From an uncultured Nitrospiraceae bacterium (GTDB taxonomy: Bacteria; Nitrospirota; Thermodesulfovibrionia; Thermodesulfovibrionales; UBA6898), in contig CAWEQH010000010.1 in NCBI GenBank assembly GCA_963811165.1, forward strand, positions 192,001-256,000: a stretch of DNA of 64,000 nucleotides, in the 5' to 3' direction. Within the stretch, counting starts at the first letter, position 1, and every line of letters starts with the position of its first letter. A model generated the notes under the pieces. That model worked only from the letters and a program-made list of their open reading frames with translations. It was not told the DNA's origin and made no database searches. The translations under genes were made by a program, and so were the position numbers. Shown piece by piece: positions 48,680-57,190 of this stretch.

Positions 48680-50581
48680 TTGATTACGGAAGATGTAATA
48701 AATTTCTTGAAGAATCTGCCGCCTTTTCAGTTTCTGGACGACGGCTCATTGCGCAACATCGCCGAAAACGTCTCGATGGAGTTTTACCCTAAGGGAACAA
48801 CTATTCTTCACCAGGACGGGCCCCCCAGTGAGTATCTCAGGATTATCAAAAAAGGGCGGGTCAAGGTCTTTATTAGGCCTGACAAAGACGAAGAGGTGCT
48901 TATCGATTACAGGGGTGAGGGAGATCCTTTCGGTCTGCTGTCCCTGATCGGAGGCGACAAATCGAGGGCCAATGTCTTTGCCGTCGAAGATACCGTCTGC
49001 TATCTGATCAGCAGGGACGTTATGCTGAAACTGGTTGATTCCCACGCCTTCTTTACGGAATTTTTTTTAAAGTCTTTCTTAAATAAGTTTATCGACAAGA
49101 CGTATGAGGAGATGCATAACAAGAGTCTCCTTTATGGGGGGGGCGACAAACCCCTCTTTACGACCCCCGTAGGAGAGGTCGCCACAAAGAAGGTCATGAC
49201 CGCACCCCAGGAAATCACTATTAGAGAGGGTGCCGAGATGATGTCTCATAACAAGAACAGTTCGCTTGTACTGGTCGATGCAGATGGGGTGCCGACCGGT
49301 ATCGTCACTGACAGAGACCTCAGAGACAAGGTGGTGTCCAAGGGCAGGTTGGTGACGGACACGATAAGCAGCATTATGAGCGTCTCTCTCATAAAAACGG
49401 AGGCGCGTGATTACTGCTTTGAGGCATTGCTTAAAATGATACGGTATAACATACACCATCTTCTTGTCGTCGACGAGGGGAGGCTCAAAGGGATCGTGAC
49501 GAACCATGACCTTATGATGCTTCAGGGGAATTCTCCGATCTCGCTTGCGCGGGAAATAGAGAGCCGGCAGACGATCGAAGACCTAATTGCGGCGGCCAAG
49601 AAGACGCATGAGATCGTGGGATTGCTTCTGAAAGAGGGGGCGAAGGCGAGCAACATCGCCCGTATCATTAGCGAAATCAACGACCGGCTTGTAAAAAAGA
49701 TAATTAAGAACGCGGAGAAGGAATTTGGCAAACCGCCATTGCCCTACTGCTGGATCGTCTTCGGGAGCGAGGGGAGGAAGGAGCAGACGTTTAGGACTGA
49801 CCAGGACAATGCGATCATTTACGCAGACCCCCTGACTGAGGGCGAAGAGGCCGAAGCCAGGACCTATTTCACTGTTTTTTCGGCCTTCGTCCGGGACAAT
49901 CTTTTGAAATGCGGTTTTCCCCGCTGCCGTGACAATTACATGGCGAGTAACCCCGAATGGTGCCAGCCGCTTAGGGTATGGAAGAGATATTTCTCCACGT
50001 GGGTGTATTCACCTACGCCCGAGACGGTCTTGAAGTCCCTCATATTTTTCGATTTCAGGCCGCTCTATGGTGACTTCAGCCTCGCCGAATCTCTTTGGGA
50101 CTCTCTCAGCTCTCTCCTGGAAGGACAGATGATATTTCTTGGATATATGGCCAACATGATCATAAAAAACACGCCGCCGGTGGGGTTCTTTAAGTCTTTT
50201 ATCGTTGAGAAAGGCGGGGATCATAAGGATGAGCTAAATCTGAAGGTCAAGGGCATAGCCCCTCTCGTAGATATGGCGAGACTTTTTAGTCTTGAAAAGG
50301 GTCTCACGGAGACGTCGACTCTCGAAAGACTGTCGGCGCTTAGGGAAAGGCATACGATCGTGAAGGAATTCGCCGACGAATTTGTGCATACTTTCGAGTT
50401 CATGATGCTCCTTAGGATACAGCACCAGTTTGCGCAGATCGAGTCCGGAAAGGAGCCGGACAATTTTATCAACCCTAACAGTCTGAGCAATCTCGAAAAG
50501 ACGATGATGAAGGAATCCTTTCACTTTATAACCAGACTGCAAGGCATCATCATTGAGCGGTATAAGCCGCTCATCTGGTGA
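48680..50581 (+). CDS. cNMP-binding/CBS/DUF294 nucleotidyltransferase-like protein (paralog 2)
   Basis: cNMP domain, CBS pair (TDRDLR), GSEGRKEQTFRTDQDNA, YMASNP.W, FFDFR; TTG 48662 lies in the -12 box so TTG 48680 is preferred. Confidence 0.92.
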   Translation: MITEDVINFLKNLPPFQFLDDGSLRNIAENVSMEFYPKGTTILHQDGPPSEYLRIIKKGRVKVFIRPDKDEEVLIDYRGEGDPFGLLSLIGGDKSRANVFAVEDTVCYLISRDVMLKLVDSHAFFTEFFLKSFLNKFIDKTYEEMHNKSLLYGGGDKPLFTTPVGEVATKKVMTAPQEITIREGAEMMSHNKNSSLVLVDADGVPTGIVTDRDLRDKVVSKGRLVTDTISSIMSVSLIKTEARDYCFEALLKMIRYNIHHLLVVDEGRLKGIVTNHDLMMLQGNSPISLAREIESRQTIEDLIAAAKKTHEIVGLLLKEGAKASNIARIISEINDRLVKKIIKNAEKEFGKPPLPYCWIVFGSEGRKEQTFRTDQDNAIIYADPLTEGEEAEARTYFTVFSAFVRDNLLKCGFPRCRDNYMASNPEWCQPLRVWKRYFSTWVYSPTPETVLKSLIFFDFRPLYGDFSLAESLWDSLSSLLEGQMIFLGYMANMIIKNTPPVGFFKSFIVEKGGDHKDELNLKVKGIAPLVDMARLFSLEKGLTETSTLERLSALRERHTIVKEFADEFVHTFEFMMLLRIQHQFAQIESGKEPDNFINPNSLSNLEKTMMKESFHFITRLQGIIIERYKPLIW

Positions 50582-50758
50582 GAAGACAGGAGATGAGTAC
50601 TCTGACGTTCGAAGGGATGCTAAGGAAAGGGGGATATGGTAAGATTGACTGAGAATTTGAAAGGAGGTGGTGATACGGGAAGGGTTCGGTATGAATATTT
50701 TAGAGTGCTTTGGGCAGAAGGATGAGGAATCACTATAACATTCTCTAAGGAGGATAAG

Positions 50759-52084
50759 ATGGCAGAACAAGAAAACAAAGTTCCGGGGAGGGCATGGGTC
50801 GTTACCTTTGCCGGCACCGCGATTAACCTTTGTCTAGGCATTTTGTATGCCTGGAGCGTCTGGGCAAAGGCGTTGATCAATGTAAAAAATGCAGGCAGTC
50901 CCATGACCGGAATCAACGAGGGATGGACCTTTCTCACCAACGCTGAGGCCGCAACCCCATTTTCTCTCTGTGTCATTATTTTTGCGTTGTTCATGATACC
51001 CGGGGGGCGCATCCAGGACAAATACGGTCCTAAAGTCGGCGCTACTCTCGGCGGGCTGTGCCTTGCTGCCGGTTGCATACTCTCGGGTCTAATGAAAAGC
51101 TATACGGGTCTTATCATCGGATTCGGGATCCTGGGTGGAATCGGTATGGGTATCGGGTATGCCGCTCCGACTCCGGCTGCCCTGAAATGGTTCGGTCCTC
51201 ATAAACGCGGGCTTATTGCCGGCCTGGTTGTGGGAGGGTACGGAGGCGCGGCCCTTTACATCTCCCCGCTCGCTACATACCTTATAGACAATTACGGGAT
51301 TTCCGGCAGTTTCATCGGATTGGGCATTATGTTTGCCGTTGTCGTCATCATAGCAGGTCAATTACTCTCCTGGCCGCCTACCGGCTATGTACCGCCCGGT
51401 GGGGGCGCGGCTGCAGCTGCCCAAGCGAAGAAGCAGACGACACATAACTGGAGCGCTGGGGAAATGACCAAGACATGGCAGTTCTATGCGCTCGTCGTCC
51501 TGTTCATCGGTTCGGTGCAATCCGGCCTTCTCATCATTGCAAACGCAGCGGGCATACTGGCCTCAACCGCCAAAGGCATACCTTTCCTTGTTGCGAATGC
51601 CTGGATACTCGCCTCTTTCGGCGGTGCGATCAATGCCTTGGGAAGAGTTGGGACCGGTGTGTATTCTGATAAATTAGGCAGAGCGAATGCATATACCGTC
51701 AACTGTGTTGTTTCGGCCCTCTGTCTCTTTGCGATGCCGAGCATTATCGCATCCAAGAGTGTCTTTCTGCTGTTCCTGGCGGTAGGCATTGCATACTGGC
51801 AGTACGGCGGCGGACTTGCGCTGCTGCCGGCCATGACTGCAGATTTCTACGGCTCAAAGAACCTCGGCATGAATTACGGGCTGGTGTTTCTGGGATGGGG
51901 GCTCGGCTTTTTTATGGCAAGACTGGGCGGCACCATTAAAGACGTTACCGGCAGTCTTGATTATGCATTCTATATGTCGGGTGCAGTGCTGATAATCGCG
52001 GTCATTCTTGTCAGGATTACTGCAAGACCCATCTGGGATTCTAAACTTGAAACGGCAGCAGAAATTCCGAATAGGAATCTTTAA
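50759..52084 (+). CDS. OFA-family (oxalate/formate, monocarboxylate) MFS transporter
   Basis: LGILYAWSV, GRIQDKYGP, KWF...RGLIAG, DFYG.KN.G.NYG. Confidence 0.9.
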   Translation: MAEQENKVPGRAWVVTFAGTAINLCLGILYAWSVWAKALINVKNAGSPMTGINEGWTFLTNAEAATPFSLCVIIFALFMIPGGRIQDKYGPKVGATLGGLCLAAGCILSGLMKSYTGLIIGFGILGGIGMGIGYAAPTPAALKWFGPHKRGLIAGLVVGGYGGAALYISPLATYLIDNYGISGSFIGLGIMFAVVVIIAGQLLSWPPTGYVPPGGGAAAAAQAKKQTTHNWSAGEMTKTWQFYALVVLFIGSVQSGLLIIANAAGILASTAKGIPFLVANAWILASFGGAINALGRVGTGVYSDKLGRANAYTVNCVVSALCLFAMPSIIASKSVFLLFLAVGIAYWQYGGGLALLPAMTADFYGSKNLGMNYGLVFLGWGLGFFMARLGGTIKDVTGSLDYAFYMSGAVLIIAVILVRITARPIWDSKLETAAEIPNRNL

Positions 52085-52131
52085 AATTACTCATATGAGC
52101 AAAATACAAATCTGATGGAGGAATGATTGCA

Positions 52132-54207
52132 ATGGCAGAAATTAAGAAAAAAGAGAAAGACCTCATGAAGGAGGGTGTAGAAACATCCGAAGCCGAGATT
52201 GCGGTGCATTGGGGGGAAGAGCAATTCTTCTATCCTTCCACAAAATTCATTGCCCAGGCGAACATGACTGATGAAACGGTTTATGACCGGTTCAGTCTGG
52301 AGAACTTTCCAAACTGTTTCAAGGAGTATGCAGACCTTTTGACATGGTATAAGTATTGGGATGAGATACTCGATACCAGCGATGCCCCTTGCTTTAAGTG
52401 GTTCAAAGGCGGGTTGATCAATGCAAGTTACAACTGTGTTGACAGACATCTTGCAAAGAATAAAAACAAAACAGCGATCCACTTCGTACCGGAGCTTGAG
52501 ACTGACAAAGTGGAGCATGTCACCTACCAGGAGCTGTATGTGAGGGTGAATGAGTTCGCAGCAATCCTTAGGGATTACTGCGGTCTTAAGGCAGGAGACC
52601 GGGTAACGCTCCATATGCCGATGGTGACCGAACTCGCTGTCACCATGCTCGCCTGCGCGCGACTCGGCATTATACACTCACAGGTCTTCGGCGGGTTCAG
52701 CGGCAAGGCCTGCGCTGACAGGATTGTTGACTCAGGGAGCGAATACCTGATAACGATGGACGCGTATTTCAGGGCCGGGAAGATTCAAGATCACAAGGAA
52801 AAGGCCGATATTGCTATTGAACAGGCAGCAATAGATGGACAGAAGATCAAAAAGGTCTTGATATGGCAGCGCTACCCCGGCAAATATTCAGCTGCGACCC
52901 CGATGGTAGAGGGCCGTGATTTCATTATCAACGACCTGCTGAAAAATTATTATGGCGTAAGGATTGCCCCGGTCCCAATGCCTGCCGAAGCGCCGCTCTT
53001 TCTTATGTACACCAGCGGCACCACCGGAAAGCCCAAGGGAGCACAGCACAGCACCGGCGGTTATCTTGCTTATGTAACCGGGACATCGAAATACATTCAG
53101 GACATCCATCCTGAAGACGTATACTGGTGTATGGCCGACATCGGCTGGATCACAGGTCATTCTTATATCGTGTACGGTCCGTTGGCATTATGTGCATCCA
53201 GCGTTATTTTCGAAGGCGTCCCCACATATCCGGATGCAGGAAGAGCGTGGAGGATTGCCCAGGACCTGGATGTCAACATCTTCCATACCGCACCTACCAC
53301 CATCAGAGCGTTGAGGAAGGTCGGTCCCGACGAGCCCGCAAAATACAATTACCACTTCAAACACATGACAACCGTCGGTGAGCCGATTGAGCCTGAAGTC
53401 TGGAAATGGTATTATCACGAGGTCGGCAAAAACGAAGCTGCCATCGTGGACACATGGTGGCAGACTGAAAACGGCGGTTTCCTATGCAGCACAATCCCTG
53501 CACTTAAACCCATGAAGCCAGGCAGTGCCGGCCCCGGCGTGCCGGGTATCCATCCGATTATTTATGACAACGACGGCAACGTAGTCCCGGCGGGATCCGG
53601 CAAGGCAGGCAATATCTGTATACAGAACCCGTGGCCCGGCATGTTCCAGACCATATGGGGAGACCGCGACCGTTTTGTCAAGGTCTATTTTGAAAGATAC
53701 TGCAAAGACCCCAAGAGCAAGAGGTGGCAGGATTGGCCGTATCTTACCGGTGATGCCGCGGTTATGGCTGCGGACGGCTATGTCCGCATCCTCGGCAGAA
53801 TCGACGATGTTATCAACGTTTCCGGTCACAGACTCGGCACCAAAGAGATTGAATCCGCTGCTCTGACCCACCCGGATGTTGCGGAAGCGGCTGTTGTGCC
53901 TGTTAAACATGAAATCAAAGGCAAGGAGCCGGATCTGTATATTGCGCTGAAACCGGGAAAGAAGGCGAGCAGCGAAATCGCAAAGGCAATATCACAGTGT
54001 GTGGTCAGGGAAATCGGCGCCATCGCAAGGCCGAGGAAAGTCTGGATTGTGCCTGATATGCCCAAGACCCGTTCGGGAAAGATCATGCGTCGCGTACTTG
54101 GGGCTATTTCCAACGGCACGGATGTAGGCGATGTGATGACATTGGCAAATCCGGAGATTGTCGAGGCGATAATGAAAATGGTAGCTGAAAGCCCAGTAGA
54201 GTTTTAG
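52132..54207 (+). CDS. acs: Acetate--CoA ligase (AMP-forming)
   Basis: YTSGTTGKPKG, ADIGWITGHSY, VGEPI, DTWWQTE, PKTRSGKIMRR with the acetylatable Lys. Confidence 0.96.
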   Translation: MAEIKKKEKDLMKEGVETSEAEIAVHWGEEQFFYPSTKFIAQANMTDETVYDRFSLENFPNCFKEYADLLTWYKYWDEILDTSDAPCFKWFKGGLINASYNCVDRHLAKNKNKTAIHFVPELETDKVEHVTYQELYVRVNEFAAILRDYCGLKAGDRVTLHMPMVTELAVTMLACARLGIIHSQVFGGFSGKACADRIVDSGSEYLITMDAYFRAGKIQDHKEKADIAIEQAAIDGQKIKKVLIWQRYPGKYSAATPMVEGRDFIINDLLKNYYGVRIAPVPMPAEAPLFLMYTSGTTGKPKGAQHSTGGYLAYVTGTSKYIQDIHPEDVYWCMADIGWITGHSYIVYGPLALCASSVIFEGVPTYPDAGRAWRIAQDLDVNIFHTAPTTIRALRKVGPDEPAKYNYHFKHMTTVGEPIEPEVWKWYYHEVGKNEAAIVDTWWQTENGGFLCSTIPALKPMKPGSAGPGVPGIHPIIYDNDGNVVPAGSGKAGNICIQNPWPGMFQTIWGDRDRFVKVYFERYCKDPKSKRWQDWPYLTGDAAVMAADGYVRILGRIDDVINVSGHRLGTKEIESAALTHPDVAEAAVVPVKHEIKGKEPDLYIALKPGKKASSEIAKAISQCVVREIGAIARPRKVWIVPDMPKTRSGKIMRRVLGAISNGTDVGDVMTLANPEIVEAIMKMVAESPVEF

Positions 54208-54271
54208 TCTCGAAAAAGATACAATAGAGGAACAGTTCCAAAGGTAGTTACTGGGTGCTAAAATGCAAGGG

Positions 54272-54306
54272 AAGGGGCTGGAGAAGTTTTTCCAGCCCCT
54301 TTATTT
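54272..54306 (+). terminator. Intrinsic terminator after acs
   Basis: AAGGGGCTGGA...TCCAGCCCCTT followed by TATTT. Confidence 0.75.
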
Positions 54307-54413
54307 AAAACATGAGGGGCGTTCCCGTCCAGGAGCAATGCGTGCCGCGACTCCTCACAGGTATCGCTGCCTAAGGCTTTCGGTCCAGCCATTTTCCGAT
54401 TCGGGAAGGAAAC

Positions 54414-55379
54414 GTGTTTAACATGAGAAGGACAGGGTTTCTCTACGATGAACGCTTTCTTCTGCACATTACGGGACCCGAACATCCGGAATCGCCCGAA
54501 CGGCTCCGCTCAATTTACCGGGGAGTTAAAGATACTGGTCTTCTTTCTAAAGTGACCCTCATAAAAGCCAGCCGGGCCAGGCAGGAATGGATTGAAGCTG
54601 TCCATAGCGTCAAACTCATTATGCGCTTTGAAGAGGCGTGTGTTTGGGGGATGGATATGCTTGATCATCCTGATAACAGGATATGCAGGGAAACCTTTGA
54701 AACCGCGCTGCTGGCAGCGGGCGGCATTCTCGATACAGTGGATCTCGTTATGGGGGGAAAACTCGACAATGCCTTCTGTGCGGTGAGACCCCCCGGGCAT
54801 CACGCTGAGGTCAACAGGGTAATGGGCTTTTGTTTTTTCAATAATGTCGCTATTGCGGCCAGATATCTCCAGAACAAATGGGGGGTCCGGCGAATAGGTA
54901 TTGTTGATTTCGATGTCCATCACGGCAACGGCACCCAGACTATTTTTGATGATGATCCCTCGGTGTTCTATTATTCCATCCATGAGCATCCTTCATTTGC
55001 CTATCCCGGCACCGGCAGGGAATTCGAAAAAGGCTCAGGCCCGGGTTACGGATTCACTCTGAACTCGCCGGTATTGCCCGGACAGGGAGACAGGGAGTAT
55101 AAGGAATTGCTTCAAAGAGACCTGTTCCCGGCATTCCAAAGCTATGCGCCTGAAGTGATTCTTGTGTCTGCGGGCTTTGATGCCCATATTGACGATGACA
55201 TGTCCGATATAAAGCTCTCGACGGAGTGCTTTTCGTGGATTATGGAAAATATTGTCGGCATGGCCGGCAAATATTCGGGCGGCCGGCTTATCTCTGTTTT
55301 AGAAGGGGGATACGCAGTGGACCGGTTACCTGAACTGAGTGCAAATCATGTCGAAATCTTGTTAGGCAGTAAAGCCTGA
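54414..55379 (+). CDS. Zn-dependent deacetylase (HDAC/AcuC superfamily)
   Basis: HPESPER, RPPGHH, GFC.FNN, DFDVHHGNGT, SAGFDAH, LEGGY. Confidence 0.93.
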   Translation: MFNMRRTGFLYDERFLLHITGPEHPESPERLRSIYRGVKDTGLLSKVTLIKASRARQEWIEAVHSVKLIMRFEEACVWGMDMLDHPDNRICRETFETALLAAGGILDTVDLVMGGKLDNAFCAVRPPGHHAEVNRVMGFCFFNNVAIAARYLQNKWGVRRIGIVDFDVHHGNGTQTIFDDDPSVFYYSIHEHPSFAYPGTGREFEKGSGPGYGFTLNSPVLPGQGDREYKELLQRDLFPAFQSYAPEVILVSAGFDAHIDDDMSDIKLSTECFSWIMENIVGMAGKYSGGRLISVLEGGYAVDRLPELSANHVEILLGSKA

Positions 55380-55390
55380 AGGGTGGAACT

Positions 55391-56065
55391 ATGTTTATAG
55401 ACAAGTCGATGACGAGAAGGGTCATTACAATTCGGCCAGAAGCCGGTTTGCTTGAGGCAAGGGGAAAGATGGACGAAAATGCTATCAGGCATCTGCCCGT
55501 GGTTGATGAGGATAATACCTTGATAGGGATTATTACCGACCGTGATGTGCGAAGTGCTTTGCCGTCTGTGTTCTCGACCTGCCTGGCGGACCCAAAGGAG
55601 ATGGAACGCTTTTCCAGGCTAACGGTTGGGGATTTTATGACGAGAAATCCGATAACCATTTCCCCCATGAACACGCTTGAGGATACACTTTTGTTGATGC
55701 ACAAGATGAAAAAGGGAGCATTCCCGGTTGTTGATCAGCAGGGGAAATTGATAGGGATTATCTCGACCCGCGACCTGCTGCGCGCCTTTATTAGTGTGCT
55801 GGGTATCGAACAGCCCGGAACTCTCCTGTGTCTTGTTGTGGATGACAGTGTGGGGCAAATGAAGAAAATCGTGGATGCCGTTACCGAAGAGGGCGTATCT
55901 TTTGGGAGCATACTTGTTGCCAAGCATTGGGAAGATGGGAAACGGGCTGTTTTCCCCTACTTGTTAACCGTCAATGCGGCCAAAGTGAAAAGAAAACTGA
56001 AGGACATGGGATACACGCTGCTCAGCCCCATGGAATGGTCTCTGGACAACCTGCCGAAGAGTTGA
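55391..56065 (+). CDS. CBS + ACT domain protein (AcuB-like)
   Basis: Two CBS domains (IRHLPVVD, GIITDRD) plus C-terminal ACT-like region; follows the deacetylase. Confidence 0.85.
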   Translation: MFIDKSMTRRVITIRPEAGLLEARGKMDENAIRHLPVVDEDNTLIGIITDRDVRSALPSVFSTCLADPKEMERFSRLTVGDFMTRNPITISPMNTLEDTLLLMHKMKKGAFPVVDQQGKLIGIISTRDLLRAFISVLGIEQPGTLLCLVVDDSVGQMKKIVDAVTEEGVSFGSILVAKHWEDGKRAVFPYLLTVNAAKVKRKLKDMGYTLLSPMEWSLDNLPKS

Positions 56066-56093
56066 GGGAGCAAGGAACCTACTCATTAAACAC

Positions 56094-56177
56094 AAGGGAC
56101 AGGTGGAGGAACTGGGTGACACTTCGACGCTTGCTGACCCTTCGGTAGTCGCTGATCTTGTGAAAGAGAGATTGTAA
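56094..56177 (+). pseudogene. Isolated C-terminal tail of a second acetyl-CoA synthetase
   Basis: KGQVEELGDTSTLADPSVVADLVKERL* matches the Acs C-terminal LGDTSTLADP motif. Confidence 0.7.
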
Positions 56178-56204
56178 GGTTTTTTCAGGATGCACCTATG
56201 AGGG

Positions 56205-56234
56205 CAGCAGGCCCAAAGGCCTGTTTCCTTTTTT
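56205..56234 (+). terminator. Intrinsic terminator closing the acetate module
   Basis: CAGGCC-CAAA-GGCCTG followed by TTTCCTTTTTT. Confidence 0.7.
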
Positions 56235-56277
56235 ATTGGCAGATTGTTAGAATATCGGGCGATAATGCGAGGTGAAG

Positions 56278-56829
56278 ATGGACAAGTTTTTTCTTGAAAA
56301 GAGTGAAGCTGTTTTGGTTATCGTCGATATTCAGGAGAGGCTGGCTGCGGTGATGGGGGAGAGGAAGAAGGTCGTCGACAATTGCCTGCACCTGATCGAG
56401 TTGTCGAAACTCCTCGATATCCCCGTTATCCTTAATGAACAGTATCCGAAGGGACTCGGTCCCACTGTTAGCGAGATTAAGGAGGCCCTTCACCCCTATG
56501 AGCCGCTTGAGAAGGTTACCTTTAGCTGCTGCAAGGGTCCCTCATTTATAGACAGGCTCTCCGCAACAGCAAAGAAGAAAATCATCCTCGTAGGAATGGA
56601 GACACACGTCTGTGTCTTACAGACATGCATCGGTCTATTGGAGGCGGGATATAGGGTCCACGCCGTAAGCGATGCGACCTGCTCGAGGACAAAGGAGGAC
56701 TTCGATACGGCCATCGAGTTCATGCGGGACGCCGGTGCGGTCATTACCTGCACAGAGACCGTGCTTTTTCAACTTCTTGAAAAGGCAGGGACAGAGGAAT
56801 TCAAGATAATTTCTAAGAGGATTAAGTAG
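56278..56829 (+). CDS. Isochorismatase family (YcaC-like) hydrolase
   Basis: IVDIQERL, EQYPKGLG.T, K.TFS, GMETHVCVLQT. Confidence 0.92.
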   Translation: MDKFFLEKSEAVLVIVDIQERLAAVMGERKKVVDNCLHLIELSKLLDIPVILNEQYPKGLGPTVSEIKEALHPYEPLEKVTFSCCKGPSFIDRLSATAKKKIILVGMETHVCVLQTCIGLLEAGYRVHAVSDATCSRTKEDFDTAIEFMRDAGAVITCTETVLFQLLEKAGTEEFKIISKRIK

Positions 56830-56947
56830 GTCTTTCCGCGGACTTTTTTTGTATTGTCTCTGTTTTGAAGACCTCCGGAGATTTCTCATTTCATCTTCCT
56901 TTCAAAAAACTCTGTATGATCCAGCCTTAATCCTGTATAATATCCCT

Positions 56948-57187
56948 ATGTGTTTGGCTATTCCATCGAAGATCGTCAGAATCGACGACATGATTGCAAC
57001 GGTCGATGTGTACGGGGCGCGCAGGGACGTGAACCTTATGCTTCTGCCGGAAGATGTCCGGATCGGAGACTATGTGCTAGTGCATGCCGGTTTCGCCCTC
57101 CAGAAGGTTGAACAGGACAGTGCGGAAGAGTCCCTCAAGCTCATCAAAGAGACCTTCGAGCAATCTCCCGACGAATCTTTCCTCTGA
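56948..57187 (+). CDS. hypC: Hydrogenase assembly chaperone HypC/HupF
   Basis: MCLAIPSKI N-terminus, GDYVLVHAGFA; TATAAT 6 nt upstream. Confidence 0.95.
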   Translation: MCLAIPSKIVRIDDMIATVDVYGARRDVNLMLLPEDVRIGDYVLVHAGFALQKVEQDSAEESLKLIKETFEQSPDESFL

Positions 57188-57190
57188 GAT

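Noticed and set aside
50593..50738. Short uORFs upstream of the OFA transporter (about 19 and 22 codons)
   Set aside because: Starts are too close to their SD motifs and the peptides show no features; unsupported without conservation data
56849..56947. N-terminal extension of HypC in the ORF track
   Set aside because: HypC needs the N-terminal MC motif; ATG 56948 fits and has a -10 box just upstream
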